From Methanobacteriota archaeon (lineage in GTDB: Archaea; Thermoplasmatota; Poseidoniia; Poseidoniales; Thalassarchaeaceae), in contig PAOZ01000019.1 in assembly GCA_002708695.1 (NCBI GenBank), forward strand, positions 3,065 to 67,064: a stretch of DNA of 64,000 nt, written 5' to 3'. Numbering within the stretch: the first letter of the stretch is position 1; each line of letters opens with the position of its first letter. Under the pieces are notes generated by a model. That model was not told the DNA's origin and made no database searches. It saw only the letters and a list, made by a program, of their open reading frames with translations. Position numbers and translations under genes: made by a program. Of this stretch, positions 19,076 to 29,117 are shown in pieces.

Positions 19076-20464
19076 GTGTCGGATAGAGATTGGTCAACAG
19101 TTACCTTCGAAAGAAGGTTGCAAATGGTGTATCATGGAATAATTATCGTAGCCATGGTAATTTTAGCTGCTCACTTACTAGAAGGTGTTCTAAAACCATT
19201 ATTCCTTGCCTTTGGACTATATTTCGTTCTTAAGCCAGGAGCAGATTGGCTAAACAATCATGGATTCAATACTTTGCAAGCAAATGGAACTATGCTCCTG
19301 TTATTGATTTTAGCACTTTCACTTATTGGGCTATTTGCTTGGTTACAAGTAGATGCATTTCTCTCTAATGAACAAAAAATTTCTGAATTAGAAGCAGCCT
19401 ATTCATCACTTCTTGTGAGATCTGAATCATGGCCAATTATTGGAGATTATATACAAAATATGGATACTTCTCAATCTCCTACTCAAATTCTTGAAGATAT
19501 GGGCATAGAAATTGGATCAGCAAGTCAATTAGCATCTCTTTCAGGTATGGTATTTTCATCACTAACAGTTTTATTCTTCTTACTCTTCATTATTTTTGAA
19601 GCAAATCTCTTACCAGGTAGAATCGAAGCCGCTTTCCCAGGAGATTCTTTGGGACGTTTTCAAAACATTTCAGATAAAGCAAGAGAGGGAATCAATACTT
19701 ACATCGTAGTAAAAACAGGCGTAAGCATTGGAACTGGAACATGTGCTGGAATAATTTGCTTGATTTTTGGTATTGAACTATGGTTTGTATGGGCTGTTGC
19801 TGCTATTGTTCTAAACTACGTGCCCTACATTGGTTCATTGATTGCTTCAGTTCCACCTGCTTTACTAGGAATGCTAATGATGAACGATGACCCTCTCAAT
19901 CTTTTACTATTCTTGGGTCTACTAATGGGGAATCAACAATTCTGGGGCGGATTAGTAGAAACAAAATGGGCTGGAGAAGCATTAGATCTTAGTCCGGTTC
20001 TATTACTGATTGTTGTAGCATTCTCTTATTGGCTTTGGGGAGTTGTTGGGATGGTTATATCTGTTCCATTTACAGTAATTATCAAAATTGTGCTAGATAC
20101 TGTAGAACAAACTAGGCCTTTGGCAGTATTAATGTCTGAAAGAAGTCCGGACCTGCAGAAAGTTTGGAATGATGCTCTAAGAGATGGAAGATTGGATGAC
20201 TGGGAATTTACACGTTTACTTGAACTACAAAGAAATCTGGAAATTGATGAGCAAGAAATGAATGTCGCTGCTGGAAGAGCTGCAATTGTTTCAGCATTAG
20301 AAAGAGGATCTCTAAGTCCTATCGAAAGAGAATTTGTGATTAGGTACGCAAAAAATACCAGTTTACGAAACAAAGCAACTGAGTTGTTGGTACCAGGTGC
20401 CCTCTCCCCTGCTTCAATTGAATTAATTGAAAGTTTGCTAGATGCAAAACAGGAAGAAGAATGA
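19076..20464 (+). CDS. AI-2E family transporter (PerM/UPF0118) with long acidic C-terminal cytoplasmic extension
   Basis: Multi-TM protein. LNYVPYIGSLIASVPPALLGML matches the AI-2E/PF01594 signature region. Confidence 0.6.
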   Translation: MSDRDWSTVTFERRLQMVYHGIIIVAMVILAAHLLEGVLKPLFLAFGLYFVLKPGADWLNNHGFNTLQANGTMLLLLILALSLIGLFAWLQVDAFLSNEQKISELEAAYSSLLVRSESWPIIGDYIQNMDTSQSPTQILEDMGIEIGSASQLASLSGMVFSSLTVLFFLLFIIFEANLLPGRIEAAFPGDSLGRFQNISDKAREGINTYIVVKTGVSIGTGTCAGIICLIFGIELWFVWAVAAIVLNYVPYIGSLIASVPPALLGMLMMNDDPLNLLLFLGLLMGNQQFWGGLVETKWAGEALDLSPVLLLIVVAFSYWLWGVVGMVISVPFTVIIKIVLDTVEQTRPLAVLMSERSPDLQKVWNDALRDGRLDDWEFTRLLELQRNLEIDEQEMNVAAGRAAIVSALERGSLSPIEREFVIRYAKNTSLRNKATELLVPGALSPASIELIESLLDAKQEEE

Positions 20465-20465
20465 A

Positions 20466-20744
20466 CTAAAGTTCACCAAGTTCCATCCACATTGCCATGT
20501 TTGCTGGATCATCCAAATCAGTAGGGTCCATTGACATCGCAGGACCATGATTTTGAGTCGGAGAGGTATAAGTTCCAACATTCGAATTGTAATTTTCAGA
20601 AGTTGAAACTCCTCTTCCTATTATCCAAAATAAGACTAGTAAAACAAATCCTAAACAAAAAAGAGTGTCCCACATGTAATCGTACCTAATTAAATCAATT
20701 GTAATCATCCCAATTAGTTCCATTCCACCATTGGGTCGAACCAT
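20466..20744 (-). CDS. small hypothetical membrane protein (92 aa)
   Basis: One hydrophobic helix (LFCLGFVLLVLFWIIG). No homology recognisable. Confidence 0.25.
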   Translation of the reverse strand: MVRPNGGMELIGMITIDLIRYDYMWDTLFCLGFVLLVLFWIIGRGVSTSENYNSNVGTYTSPTQNHGPAMSMDPTDLDDPANMAMWMELGEL

Positions 20745-22197
20745 CGCTCATGTTCCGCCATGTATGTCCTGATTCATCAGTCCACTGTTGGATGACTTCA
20801 ATTATTTTTTCTTCAATAGCAGGTGCTTCTGAATTATTAGATAAAAAAGAATCCTCAATTTGCTTTACTCTTTCGTTATTAATTCCATAAGCGGATGCTA
20901 AAGTAACAAGTAAAGAACGTTCATTTTCTGTAATAGAACCATCCTTCATTGATTTAGCATATTGTTCTAGATACTCTATCTCTTCAGGAGAATATTCACT
21001 AGGAATTAATTGTCCTGAAAAACCATCAATTAACCCAAGAATCGGTTTCCTTACAACTAAGAAACCAAGACCAATTACTACTCCACCTGCTAATCCAAAA
21101 CCAAGGACATTTTCCATTATCTCGCTTGATAAAATGAATAGAAATGCTCCAAAACCTGTGAATACAGCATTTCGAAATGTCTTCCTCAAATTCTGATCAA
21201 TCCCGAAAACCGAGTCCTTAAGCGACGCATGAACGAACATCATTGCCTCAAACGCTAGTCCAATCGGTCCAAAAGCGAAACATAAAGTGAACAAGAAATA
21301 CTTGAATCGTGACATGAACGTGCGCTCGGCATATCTCCATAGCATTTCATCTTGGAAATTAGGGACTATTCCTCCGTTTAAAATCGGCAAAATAAGTATT
21401 AGAGTGGTGAAAAACAACACGCTTCCAATCACTTTCCCTAAAAATCCGATGTAGAATGAACGTGAAACTTGGCTCTCATTCTTTACTTGCTCAGTATCCG
21501 AATTCTTCCGAATTGATGATCGGATGAACAATAAGGCAACGATAGAAACTGGTGTTTGAGAAAATACAATCAGCCATATCCCTGCCGGTTCATCTCCGAG
21601 TGTGATATCGAATGCAGCAGGACAAGTACCAATTGCAGTTAATCCACTCTGTATAGTAGGGGCAGATGAAGTACCAAGGAATTCGTAAACCACTGGATCG
21701 GCCCCTGCCATAGTACATTCAATCCATGAAAGATTATCCACAGCGAATGGAGGAAGTCCCTGAATCATCAGCCATATCGCTATTCCAAAAACAATTGGTA
21801 AGTACCAAGCATGTTTCTGCAAGCCCTCTCGATACATGAAACCCAAGCCCCTAATCTTGTAATAGACTGGAAAACAAAGATAGAGAAAAATTGCAGCAAT
21901 CTGCATAGAGAAAAAGAAATCGAATTTGATATTCCATGCTACAATCCAGAATGAATTCCACTCATGCATCCAAGGGAATACCTCCAATGCGATCCATAGA
22001 TTCTTGAATCCCTCAACAGAAAGTAATGTTGCAATAAAACGATTCTGAGGTGATTTAGAATTGGCTCTCCAAACAAGATAAGCGAGAGCGAACAACCACA
22101 GCATAACCAATAAGGTTGCAATATTGATTGTCATCCTCAAACCAAAGAGTAATTCAGAACTAAATGCCCTAGAATAGTACTCTGCAAGAGAGGTCAT
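20695..22197 (-). CDS. polytopic integral membrane protein of unknown function with soluble C-terminal domain
   Basis: About 10 hydrophobic helices. Start moved to the internal ATG at 22197 (MTSLAEY...), because the first 70 codons of the ORF-track model overlap orc1 on the opposite strand. Confidence 0.45.
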   Translation of the reverse strand: MTSLAEYYSRAFSSELLFGLRMTINIATLLVMLWLFALAYLVWRANSKSPQNRFIATLLSVEGFKNLWIALEVFPWMHEWNSFWIVAWNIKFDFFFSMQIAAIFLYLCFPVYYKIRGLGFMYREGLQKHAWYLPIVFGIAIWLMIQGLPPFAVDNLSWIECTMAGADPVVYEFLGTSSAPTIQSGLTAIGTCPAAFDITLGDEPAGIWLIVFSQTPVSIVALLFIRSSIRKNSDTEQVKNESQVSRSFYIGFLGKVIGSVLFFTTLILILPILNGGIVPNFQDEMLWRYAERTFMSRFKYFLFTLCFAFGPIGLAFEAMMFVHASLKDSVFGIDQNLRKTFRNAVFTGFGAFLFILSSEIMENVLGFGLAGGVVIGLGFLVVRKPILGLIDGFSGQLIPSEYSPEEIEYLEQYAKSMKDGSITENERSLLVTLASAYGINNERVKQIEDSFLSNNSEAPAIEEKIIEVIQQWTDESGHTWRNMSDGSTQWWNGTNWDDYN

Positions 22198-22283
22198 ATC
22201 TATCCGGAAACATAAGAAGAATATAATGGAAGTGTATAGGTACTCAATATCTCTAAGAACGTTAGAATTCAATTTCAATCCGC

Positions 22284-23465
22284 ATGGCAGGTTACCTAGA
22301 CCGGATTGGTGCAGGCAAAATCCTAGTGGATTCAGAGCCTCTTTCATTCGATTGGTTGCCAAATGAATTAGTTGGGAGAGATGATGCATTAGGCGAAATT
22401 GCATCAATGTTCATGGGTATTGAATCTCCTAATTTTAGTGGAAGAGCTATCGTAATTGGTCCAGTAGGAAGTGGGAAAACAGCAATCGTTCGACGATTTT
22501 CAGACGATTTAACGAAACATCTTGTAGATACTCGGCGTATACTTCCTGTTCACATTAATTGCAGGAATCACCCCACAACATCTCAAGTTCTACAACGTAT
22601 CGCTCAACATCTAGATCATCGACATCCAGAAAGGGGTTTCAGTCCAGGAGAAATAATTCAAAGTATACGAAGAAATTTACAAAATAGTGGCAGACATATG
22701 CTTCTTGTCTTAGATGAAGTAAGTGTACTTTTACAAAGAGAAGGTGATAATCTATTGTATCAACTTCTACGTATTGATGAAGGTAGAGAAGAAACAGGAA
22801 CACTATCCCTAATCCTAGTTAGTCAAGAACCAATGGTGCATTTGTTTGAAGCAGCGGTCAAATCAAGATTTGGCCAAAGTAATCGTATCAAACTTAATCC
22901 ATACAAAGAAGAAGGATTACGAGCAATTGTGGAACAAAGAACATCAGCAGCATGTAGGAAAGGAAGTGTACGGGATGATGCGAAATCAAGAATCGCTGGA
23001 TTCGCTGCAGAAACAGGAGATGCTAGACTGGCCATCGAACTACTGGAAAGTGCAATCAGACGTGCAGAAAAAAAGGGTGAAAACGAAGTCTCTCCTGAAC
23101 ATGTAGAACCAAGTAGCACACGTGGAGCAGGTATTGAACCTGATATGGTTGATAGCCTAAATAATCATCAAAAGATGTGCTTACTCGCACTTTGTCGCCG
23201 TTTACGGCGAGAAGAATCGGTAACAAGTGGTGACGCGGAACGTCTGTATCATGTTGTGTGCGAAGAATTTGAACAAGAATCAAGAGGGCATACTTCATTT
23301 TGGGGATATATCAAACGTCTTGAAGAAATAGGATTTATACTCGCAGAGACTAGCAATACCCCGAAAGGGCGAGGTAGAACAACACTAATTCGTGCTGCAA
23401 ATATACTCCCTGCAACAGTTGAAAAAAGACTCGAAAAGGACCTGAATCGAACTAGTATTGTGTAA
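22284..23465 (+). CDS. orc1: Orc1/Cdc6 family replication initiation protein
   Basis: N-terminal LVGRDDALGEIA, AAA+ Walker A GPVGSGKTAIV, Walker B LLVLDEV and a C-terminal winged-helix region. 393 aa. Confidence 0.85.
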   Translation: MAGYLDRIGAGKILVDSEPLSFDWLPNELVGRDDALGEIASMFMGIESPNFSGRAIVIGPVGSGKTAIVRRFSDDLTKHLVDTRRILPVHINCRNHPTTSQVLQRIAQHLDHRHPERGFSPGEIIQSIRRNLQNSGRHMLLVLDEVSVLLQREGDNLLYQLLRIDEGREETGTLSLILVSQEPMVHLFEAAVKSRFGQSNRIKLNPYKEEGLRAIVEQRTSAACRKGSVRDDAKSRIAGFAAETGDARLAIELLESAIRRAEKKGENEVSPEHVEPSSTRGAGIEPDMVDSLNNHQKMCLLALCRRLRREESVTSGDAERLYHVVCEEFEQESRGHTSFWGYIKRLEEIGFILAETSNTPKGRGRTTLIRAANILPATVEKRLEKDLNRTSIV

Positions 23466-23523
23466 TTTTTGACCTCTTCAGCAGCGAACCGCTCTTATAG
23501 GGGTCAATGGTCGGCGAAACGCA

Positions 23524-24027
23524 GTGAGTACCATGGCCGACGATCGAGTGTTCAAAGCCGTCGTAAATGATTCCACTACAAAATTGGAGAGGAAGAATGC
23601 TAAGGACGAGGTCCGAACATATTCTCCATCATACCAGACCGATGTTGAAGGAAATAACTACAACGCATTACTGGGGAAAAAAATCGGGGATGAAATACCT
23701 GGAGAAAATGTCCATGAAGATATGACTGGATACACACTAAAAGTCACCGGTGGAAGTGACAAGACAGGTACACCAATGCGCAGCGACCTACATGGAGGCG
23801 GAGTAAACGCAGTCCTTGTGGGTCCAGGTGTAGGATACAAAGGGAAACGCTACGTAAGAAAGAATGGAAAGGTGTACCGTTACAAATACGGAGGAATCCG
23901 ACGACGAAGAAATCTGCGTGGAAATACAATTTCCACAGATACACGACAAATCAACCTCACAGTCGTAAAGAAGGGATCAAGACCTCTTGGCGACATCTTC
24001 GGAGCCGGCGATGAAGGCTCTGAGTGA
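23524..24027 (+). CDS. rps6e: 30S ribosomal protein S6e
   Basis: ALLGKKIGDEIPG...GYTLKVTGGSDKTGTPM is the S6e signature. GTG at 23524 or ATG at 23533. Confidence 0.85.
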   Translation: MSTMADDRVFKAVVNDSTTKLERKNAKDEVRTYSPSYQTDVEGNNYNALLGKKIGDEIPGENVHEDMTGYTLKVTGGSDKTGTPMRSDLHGGGVNAVLVGPGVGYKGKRYVRKNGKVYRYKYGGIRRRRNLRGNTISTDTRQINLTVVKKGSRPLGDIFGAGDEGSE

Positions 24028-24084
24028 TTGAGGAGTGGGTGAAGCCTGGCAATACTTCCCCGACAACCGGAAGTAAACATTGGT

Positions 24085-25281
24085 TTGGTTGGACATGTCG
24101 ACCATGGGAAGACAACTCTAACAAGAGCACTTTCCGGAACTTGGACAGATACACACTCAGAAGAAAGAAAACGAGGTATCTCAATAAAACTAGGATATGC
24201 GGATACCGCGTTCTATTGTACAAAAGATGGGCAATATTATCCGATGGGTAAGCGTCCAGATGGAAATAAAGACAAACAAGAAGAGTTACAGAGAACTGTA
24301 TCTTTTGTTGATGCGCCTGGTCACGAGACCTTGATGGCAGTAATGATTTCAGGTGCTTCAATAATGGATGGAGCTCTTCTTCTCATTGCTGCAAACGAAC
24401 AATGCCCGCAACCTCAAACTAGAGAACACTTGGCAGCACTACAGATAGCAGGGATTGAGAATATAGTCATAGTCCAAAATAAAGTAGATTTAGTTACTAG
24501 AGAAAGAGCAATTGAATCCTACAAAGAAATAACTGAATTTGTTTCTGGAACAATTGCAGAAAAGGCACCAATTATTCCTGTATCTGCTCACCATGATGTA
24601 AATCTAGACATCTTAATCCAAGCTATTGAAGCACAAATACCGACCCCAAATAGAGGAAATGAAGATGGAATGATGCACATTGCTAGATCTTTCGATATCA
24701 ATCGTCCTGGAACTAGGCCAAATGGTCTGAAAGGAGGGATTATTGGTGGGTCCATAGTAAGAGGAAAATTCTCCAAGGGAGATGACGTAGTTATTGCACC
24801 TGGTAGAAGATCAACACAAGGTTCCAAACAAAGATGGACTCCTATAGAAACTAGAATTATGTCGATGAAAGGAGGAGGACTAGACCTTGAAGAAATGAAC
24901 GCAGGGGGCCTTTGTGGTATTTCGACACCTTTGGATCCTGCTATGACAAAAGCAGATAATCTGTCTGGACAAGTAATGGCTCGAAAAGGAGAATTACCTC
25001 CCATTTGGGAAGAAATGTCATTGGATCTAACATTATTGGAAAGAATGGTCGCAAGCGAAGAAGGAAAAGCAGACAAAGTAAAGCCACTAGCTCTAAATGA
25101 AATGTTGATGGTAAATGCAGCAACTGCTACCTCTGTAGGAGTAGTAAACAAGGTCTCCAAAGGAGTAACAACATTAAGTTTGAGACTTCCAATTTGTGCT
25201 CCAATAGGGAGTAGAGTTACCCTATCAAGAAGGATTGACTCTCGATGGCGTCTTATCGGACACGGAACAATCTCAGGGTGA
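24085..25281 (+). CDS. eif2g: translation initiation factor 2 subunit gamma (aIF2-gamma)
   Basis: G1 motif (L/M)VGHVDHGKTTLTRALSGTWTD, DAPGHE, NKVD and a zinc knuckle. Annotated start is TTG at 24085; the frame is open from 24043, so an alternative start is possible. Confidence 0.9.
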   Translation: MVGHVDHGKTTLTRALSGTWTDTHSEERKRGISIKLGYADTAFYCTKDGQYYPMGKRPDGNKDKQEELQRTVSFVDAPGHETLMAVMISGASIMDGALLLIAANEQCPQPQTREHLAALQIAGIENIVIVQNKVDLVTRERAIESYKEITEFVSGTIAEKAPIIPVSAHHDVNLDILIQAIEAQIPTPNRGNEDGMMHIARSFDINRPGTRPNGLKGGIIGGSIVRGKFSKGDDVVIAPGRRSTQGSKQRWTPIETRIMSMKGGGLDLEEMNAGGLCGISTPLDPAMTKADNLSGQVMARKGELPPIWEEMSLDLTLLERMVASEEGKADKVKPLALNEMLMVNAATATSVGVVNKVSKGVTTLSLRLPICAPIGSRVTLSRRIDSRWRLIGHGTISG

Positions 25282-25645
25282 GATTTTGCCGGACTTGTTA
25301 ATTGATGCATGTGGTTGGGTTGCAGTAGTAGATTCAGGTATGAATATCGATCTTGAAATAAAGAGAACAATTGGACCTAGTCATTGGATTATTCCTAATC
25401 AAGTTAAGGAAGAATTAGAAAAAATGGGAGAACAACACGGTGATTTATTGTTGGATTTATTATTTACTAGAGCTGAAGTAATTATATCTGAAAATAAACA
25501 TACAGATGATGCGTTGTTGTCTTTGGCGAAAAACACTGGGGCAAGAGTTCTAACAGTAGATAAAGAACTCAAACGAAGATTAATCGCACAAGGATGCGGA
25601 TATCTAGAAGTTGTGAAAGAGAGAACACTTCGTTTGATTGAATAA
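25235..25645 (+). CDS. PIN-domain protein
   Basis: VAVVDSG...LTVDKELKRRL pattern of acidic residues in a PIN-like fold. Position directly after aIF2-gamma is a conserved archaeal neighbourhood. Start uncertain: either ATG 25235 overlapping 47 nt, or TTG 25286. Confidence 0.5.
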   Translation: MTLDGVLSDTEQSQGEILPDLLIDACGWVAVVDSGMNIDLEIKRTIGPSHWIIPNQVKEELEKMGEQHGDLLLDLLFTRAEVIISENKHTDDALLSLAKNTGARVLTVDKELKRRLIAQGCGYLEVVKERTLRLIE

Positions 25646-25936
25646 TCATGGTAAAGTGAAAAGATGATCATCTCCATGTCCATCAAGCCAACCAATTCGA
25701 ACTCCTGCATCTATCCAAGCGTGAGCATAGTATATCGCTCCGAATGCTCGGACATGGTCTCCATTTTCTAAGAAATGTAGAGCATCTTTACAATAATCAT
25801 CACACATATTCAACATATCCTGTAAACGAATACCCTCAGAAGATGCAAGATCAACAATAGGGGTGGCTTTCTCTCTAGCAGCATTTGTTAGAGCAAGTGC
25901 CTCCAAAACCTTCTCTCTTGAAACTTCTATATTCAT
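25646..25936 (-). CDS. small conserved hypothetical protein (96 aa)
   Basis: 1-nt overlap with the upstream beta-propeller gene. No assignable motif. Confidence 0.35.
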   Translation of the reverse strand: MNIEVSREKVLEALALTNAAREKATPIVDLASSEGIRLQDMLNMCDDYCKDALHFLENGDHVRAFGAIYYAHAWIDAGVRIGWLDGHGDDHLFTLP

Positions 25937-26967
25937 TATTCTGAACCCTCCTGCAGTCCCAATACTCTTCTAACATCCTCTTCTCTACCTAATGCACGAT
26001 AAAGTTCCAAAGCCCTAGACCAAAGTCCTTCTTCTTCTGCTTCCTGAGCAGATTCAAACATCGAAGTTCTCTGCATCCAATCCAAACGTCTTCGCTCTTC
26101 AGTCTGTAATGATCTAAGATTTTCCATCCTCGCTCCACTAAGTGATGGAGATTCACTCCATCGGATTAATCCTTCACGAGTTGCTGAAACGATAACACCT
26201 GAACCATCTGAATGAATAATATCTACGCAATCTTCTCCAAATCCAGCATCTGTATCTTCTATCGAATGATATATTCGGCCTTCAAGGTCCATAATCCACC
26301 AACCATCTCCTGCTCTAATAGCACGGTGAGGATCTATTCCACCATCAGAAATACGGGATATCTCATCCCATCCAAACGGATTTGGTACCCCCTCAAATAA
26401 TGCTCCTGATGAATCCAACATTAGCATCCTTCCATTTGATAATCTGCTGCACCATGTCCAACGACGATTTTCTATGATTCTTTGAGCATGCTCACCATGC
26501 AATCGAACACATCGGAGTTGGCCATCGTGATCTAAACAAAGAAGATGTTCTCTATCCATCCATCCAACAATCATACGAGTGAGGCCAACGCGAAGACGAC
26601 GAACTCCTCTTCCATTTTCTCTAAAGAGGTGTAAGTGGTCTCCTCTATCTGGGGCAATCCATCCACCTCCTGTACGATATATTGCCTCTCGATAACCACC
26701 TGGAATAGAGCGACCATCACTAAGTGGGGCCCCTGTGCTACGATTCAAGACATGAATCGAAGTGCCGGTCAATAGAGCAACACTTGATCCGGATGATTCT
26801 ACTGAATAAGTATCGAAAATATAGTCGCTTCTCCAAGCAGTAGTCCCATCGGAACGTAAAGCAACCAAAGATTGTCCTGTACAAATCAACATCCCATTTG
26901 AATCAACCTTTACATCATTCACTGGTCCTTCTATCTGATGACTCCATGCAACTCGCCATTCACTCAT
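25936..26967 (-). CDS. beta-propeller (PQQ/WD-like repeat) protein with C-terminal helical/TPR-like tail
   Basis: Repeated strand/turn segments with D-G turns. C-terminus EEEGLWSRALELYRALGREEDVRRVLGL. ATGA overlap with the upstream NTPase gene. Confidence 0.4.
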   Translation of the reverse strand: MSEWRVAWSHQIEGPVNDVKVDSNGMLICTGQSLVALRSDGTTAWRSDYIFDTYSVESSGSSVALLTGTSIHVLNRSTGAPLSDGRSIPGGYREAIYRTGGGWIAPDRGDHLHLFRENGRGVRRLRVGLTRMIVGWMDREHLLCLDHDGQLRCVRLHGEHAQRIIENRRWTWCSRLSNGRMLMLDSSGALFEGVPNPFGWDEISRISDGGIDPHRAIRAGDGWWIMDLEGRIYHSIEDTDAGFGEDCVDIIHSDGSGVIVSATREGLIRWSESPSLSGARMENLRSLQTEERRRLDWMQRTSMFESAQEAEEEGLWSRALELYRALGREEDVRRVLGLQEGSE

Positions 26968-29015
26968 TCATCCACCTCCGTTAATAGCCGCGATGCAGCG
27001 GCTGTCATTCTATACCATCGAGTCCTACCTTCTTTGCGAACAGAGAGGAATCCATGTTTTCTTAAATCATTAAAAATCTGAGATAATCGTGAACGTCCAA
27101 CCTGTAATCTTGCTTGTAAAGCATCATCACTTGGAGATATATCCCTAGTTGTAGCTGCCGTTAAAACAACTACATCGGCATCTGAAACCTCTCTTAGACG
27201 ATCGGGGCGAAGAGGTGCATCTGGATCCCAACGGGGAGAACGCAATGAATTAAGTCCCCGAAGAATGTCTTCGGGCGAAGCCCTAGGAACTGATTCGGAT
27301 GAAGGGATAACAGAAGATTTCTGATTCTGAGAAGGAGGTTCGGAACCGGCTTCAACCCAAAGATCGGCTCCCTCAGAGGTTAAATCAGGAGGCCGAGAAG
27401 CCATAGGATTGGGTACTAAATTATTGGAAATCGGAGAAGAGATGTTGCTATCATCAATTGGTTCGACAAAGGCAGGAGGTTTATCTGTAGAAGAATAAGG
27501 ATCAATTATTTCAGGAGTCGGTAATGGATCAATTCCCATAATTTCGGACGTAGGGGGGTTAGGAGGGAGGTTTGCATCAATACGTGCAGTCATTTCTTTA
27601 CTCCTCGCAGATAATCCGTATATTCCTCCCCTTTTTGGAGGAGGAGGGGGTTTTACCACAATATCATTGACTGGCGATACGGAATTTGAAATTGGTAGTT
27701 CATCTTCAATAAATTCGATTAAATCCTCGGAATCAGGTAAAGATGTTATATCTGTTTCAGGATATGATGAAGACACTTCCATATCTGCTTCTCTAGATGC
27801 CTTTTCCCAAGCAGCAAAAGGCTCCAATTGCTCAGGCTCATCTTCTGTCTCAAGATATAGAGGATCTCCTTCGAAATCGTCGAATCCTCCACGTGAAGCG
27901 AAATGGACTGCTTCATCGTCCCATCCAACTTCACTATCCATACTATCGGAATCATCTAACATTAGAGAATCCACAATAGGCTCAAATTTTGAATTTGAAG
28001 CAGGCGCTGGTTCAACAATAGATTCTGTTTGAATTGTAGTTCCTTGAAGCCAAGCATCATATTCGTCCTCTACTTTATCTGTAGAAGAAGGAGAAGTTGG
28101 AGAAAATAATGGACGTGAGATTTCAGGAGCAGGGATGTGTTGAGGCGTAGCAGAAAATTCATCACGATTTGGCAATTCTGATTCATGTACTTCAGGATAA
28201 GTCGATACGTCTACTGAAAGAAATTCAGGAGGAAGTTGCCCCTCAGGATCTCGAAGATAAAGGAGATGTCGATGTAGTTGACGATTTATTGTTGATGGAT
28301 TACCTCGAGAATATGAATGAAGTTTGGTTAATTCAGTCGAATCTGTAACTATTGTCTCATTTGAGACGGTTCCCATGCGTTTATCGATAAATTGGCGGAT
28401 GTCACTCTGATTTAATGGCTCCAAATAATGAATCATGTCAAACGAGTCATGTAGAGAACGATCCCACGTGGTCATCTGGTCACTTCTTACAGCAAACACT
28501 ACCATTGCCCGCATTCTTCTTAATACAGGTATAAGTTCCTCAACTAACGACATCAATTCTTGTGATTTCGGTGATTTATAATCAAGTGCAACCAATGGAA
28601 GAGGGCCTTGAATCGAATTTAGGTGACTTGTTAACTCATTGGCTACAGCTTGAGGAGTAGGAGGAGTTTTGAAACCCCCCATCAAACCTACCAAAGCCTC
28701 ATCCAAGAATCTAGAAATGGGGTCTGATGGTGCCCAAATTGACCCTATGTGTCTCGAATCTAGAGGGGAAAGGCATTGTAATAGACTAGTTCTACCAGAA
28801 CCAGATTCTCCAACAATCAAATGGATTCCTGGTTGTCTATTCATTATATCGCTGGCAAGACAGGTGACGATTTTTTCTCTGCCAACTAGGAGATTCTTGT
28901 GTTCATGCTCAAGCGGAGACTGAGTGAAAGGGTTTCCTCGCACTAGAGGGCCACTCGGTAAGTGCTCCGCGCCTGACATCAACGGCCCATCACAATCCAA
29001 ATATAAACAATTCAC
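26964..29015 (-). CDS. Orc1/Cdc6-like or archaeal-ATPase-like P-loop protein with Walker A Lys replaced by Arg, about 350-aa acidic/Pro-rich disordered linker, and C-terminal winged HTH
   Basis: NPF..SPLEHEHKNLLVGREKIV resembles the Orc1 N-terminal box. P-loop GESGSGRTSLL has R in place of K. Linker contains PPPPKRGG and many D/E/S/P. C-terminus LSQIFNDLRKHGFLSVRKEGRTRWYRMT is wHTH-like. Confidence 0.5.
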   Translation of the reverse strand: MNCLYLDCDGPLMSGAEHLPSGPLVRGNPFTQSPLEHEHKNLLVGREKIVTCLASDIMNRQPGIHLIVGESGSGRTSLLQCLSPLDSRHIGSIWAPSDPISRFLDEALVGLMGGFKTPPTPQAVANELTSHLNSIQGPLPLVALDYKSPKSQELMSLVEELIPVLRRMRAMVVFAVRSDQMTTWDRSLHDSFDMIHYLEPLNQSDIRQFIDKRMGTVSNETIVTDSTELTKLHSYSRGNPSTINRQLHRHLLYLRDPEGQLPPEFLSVDVSTYPEVHESELPNRDEFSATPQHIPAPEISRPLFSPTSPSSTDKVEDEYDAWLQGTTIQTESIVEPAPASNSKFEPIVDSLMLDDSDSMDSEVGWDDEAVHFASRGGFDDFEGDPLYLETEDEPEQLEPFAAWEKASREADMEVSSSYPETDITSLPDSEDLIEFIEDELPISNSVSPVNDIVVKPPPPPKRGGIYGLSARSKEMTARIDANLPPNPPTSEIMGIDPLPTPEIIDPYSSTDKPPAFVEPIDDSNISSPISNNLVPNPMASRPPDLTSEGADLWVEAGSEPPSQNQKSSVIPSSESVPRASPEDILRGLNSLRSPRWDPDAPLRPDRLREVSDADVVVLTAATTRDISPSDDALQARLQVGRSRLSQIFNDLRKHGFLSVRKEGRTRWYRMTAAASRLLTEVDE

Positions 29016-29117
29016 ACAAATTCACATTTCAAAAATGGATTTTAGAGAGATTTTCTTACTTGCCGAATATACAAGTGATTGACTGATTCGCAGTAAAGAA
29101 AATATGAATAACAGACA

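Noticed and set aside
22846-23106. 86-aa ORF internal to orc1 in another frame, and antisense ORFs 22823-23119 and 23056-23298
   Set aside because: Embedded in a strongly supported AAA+ gene; spurious.
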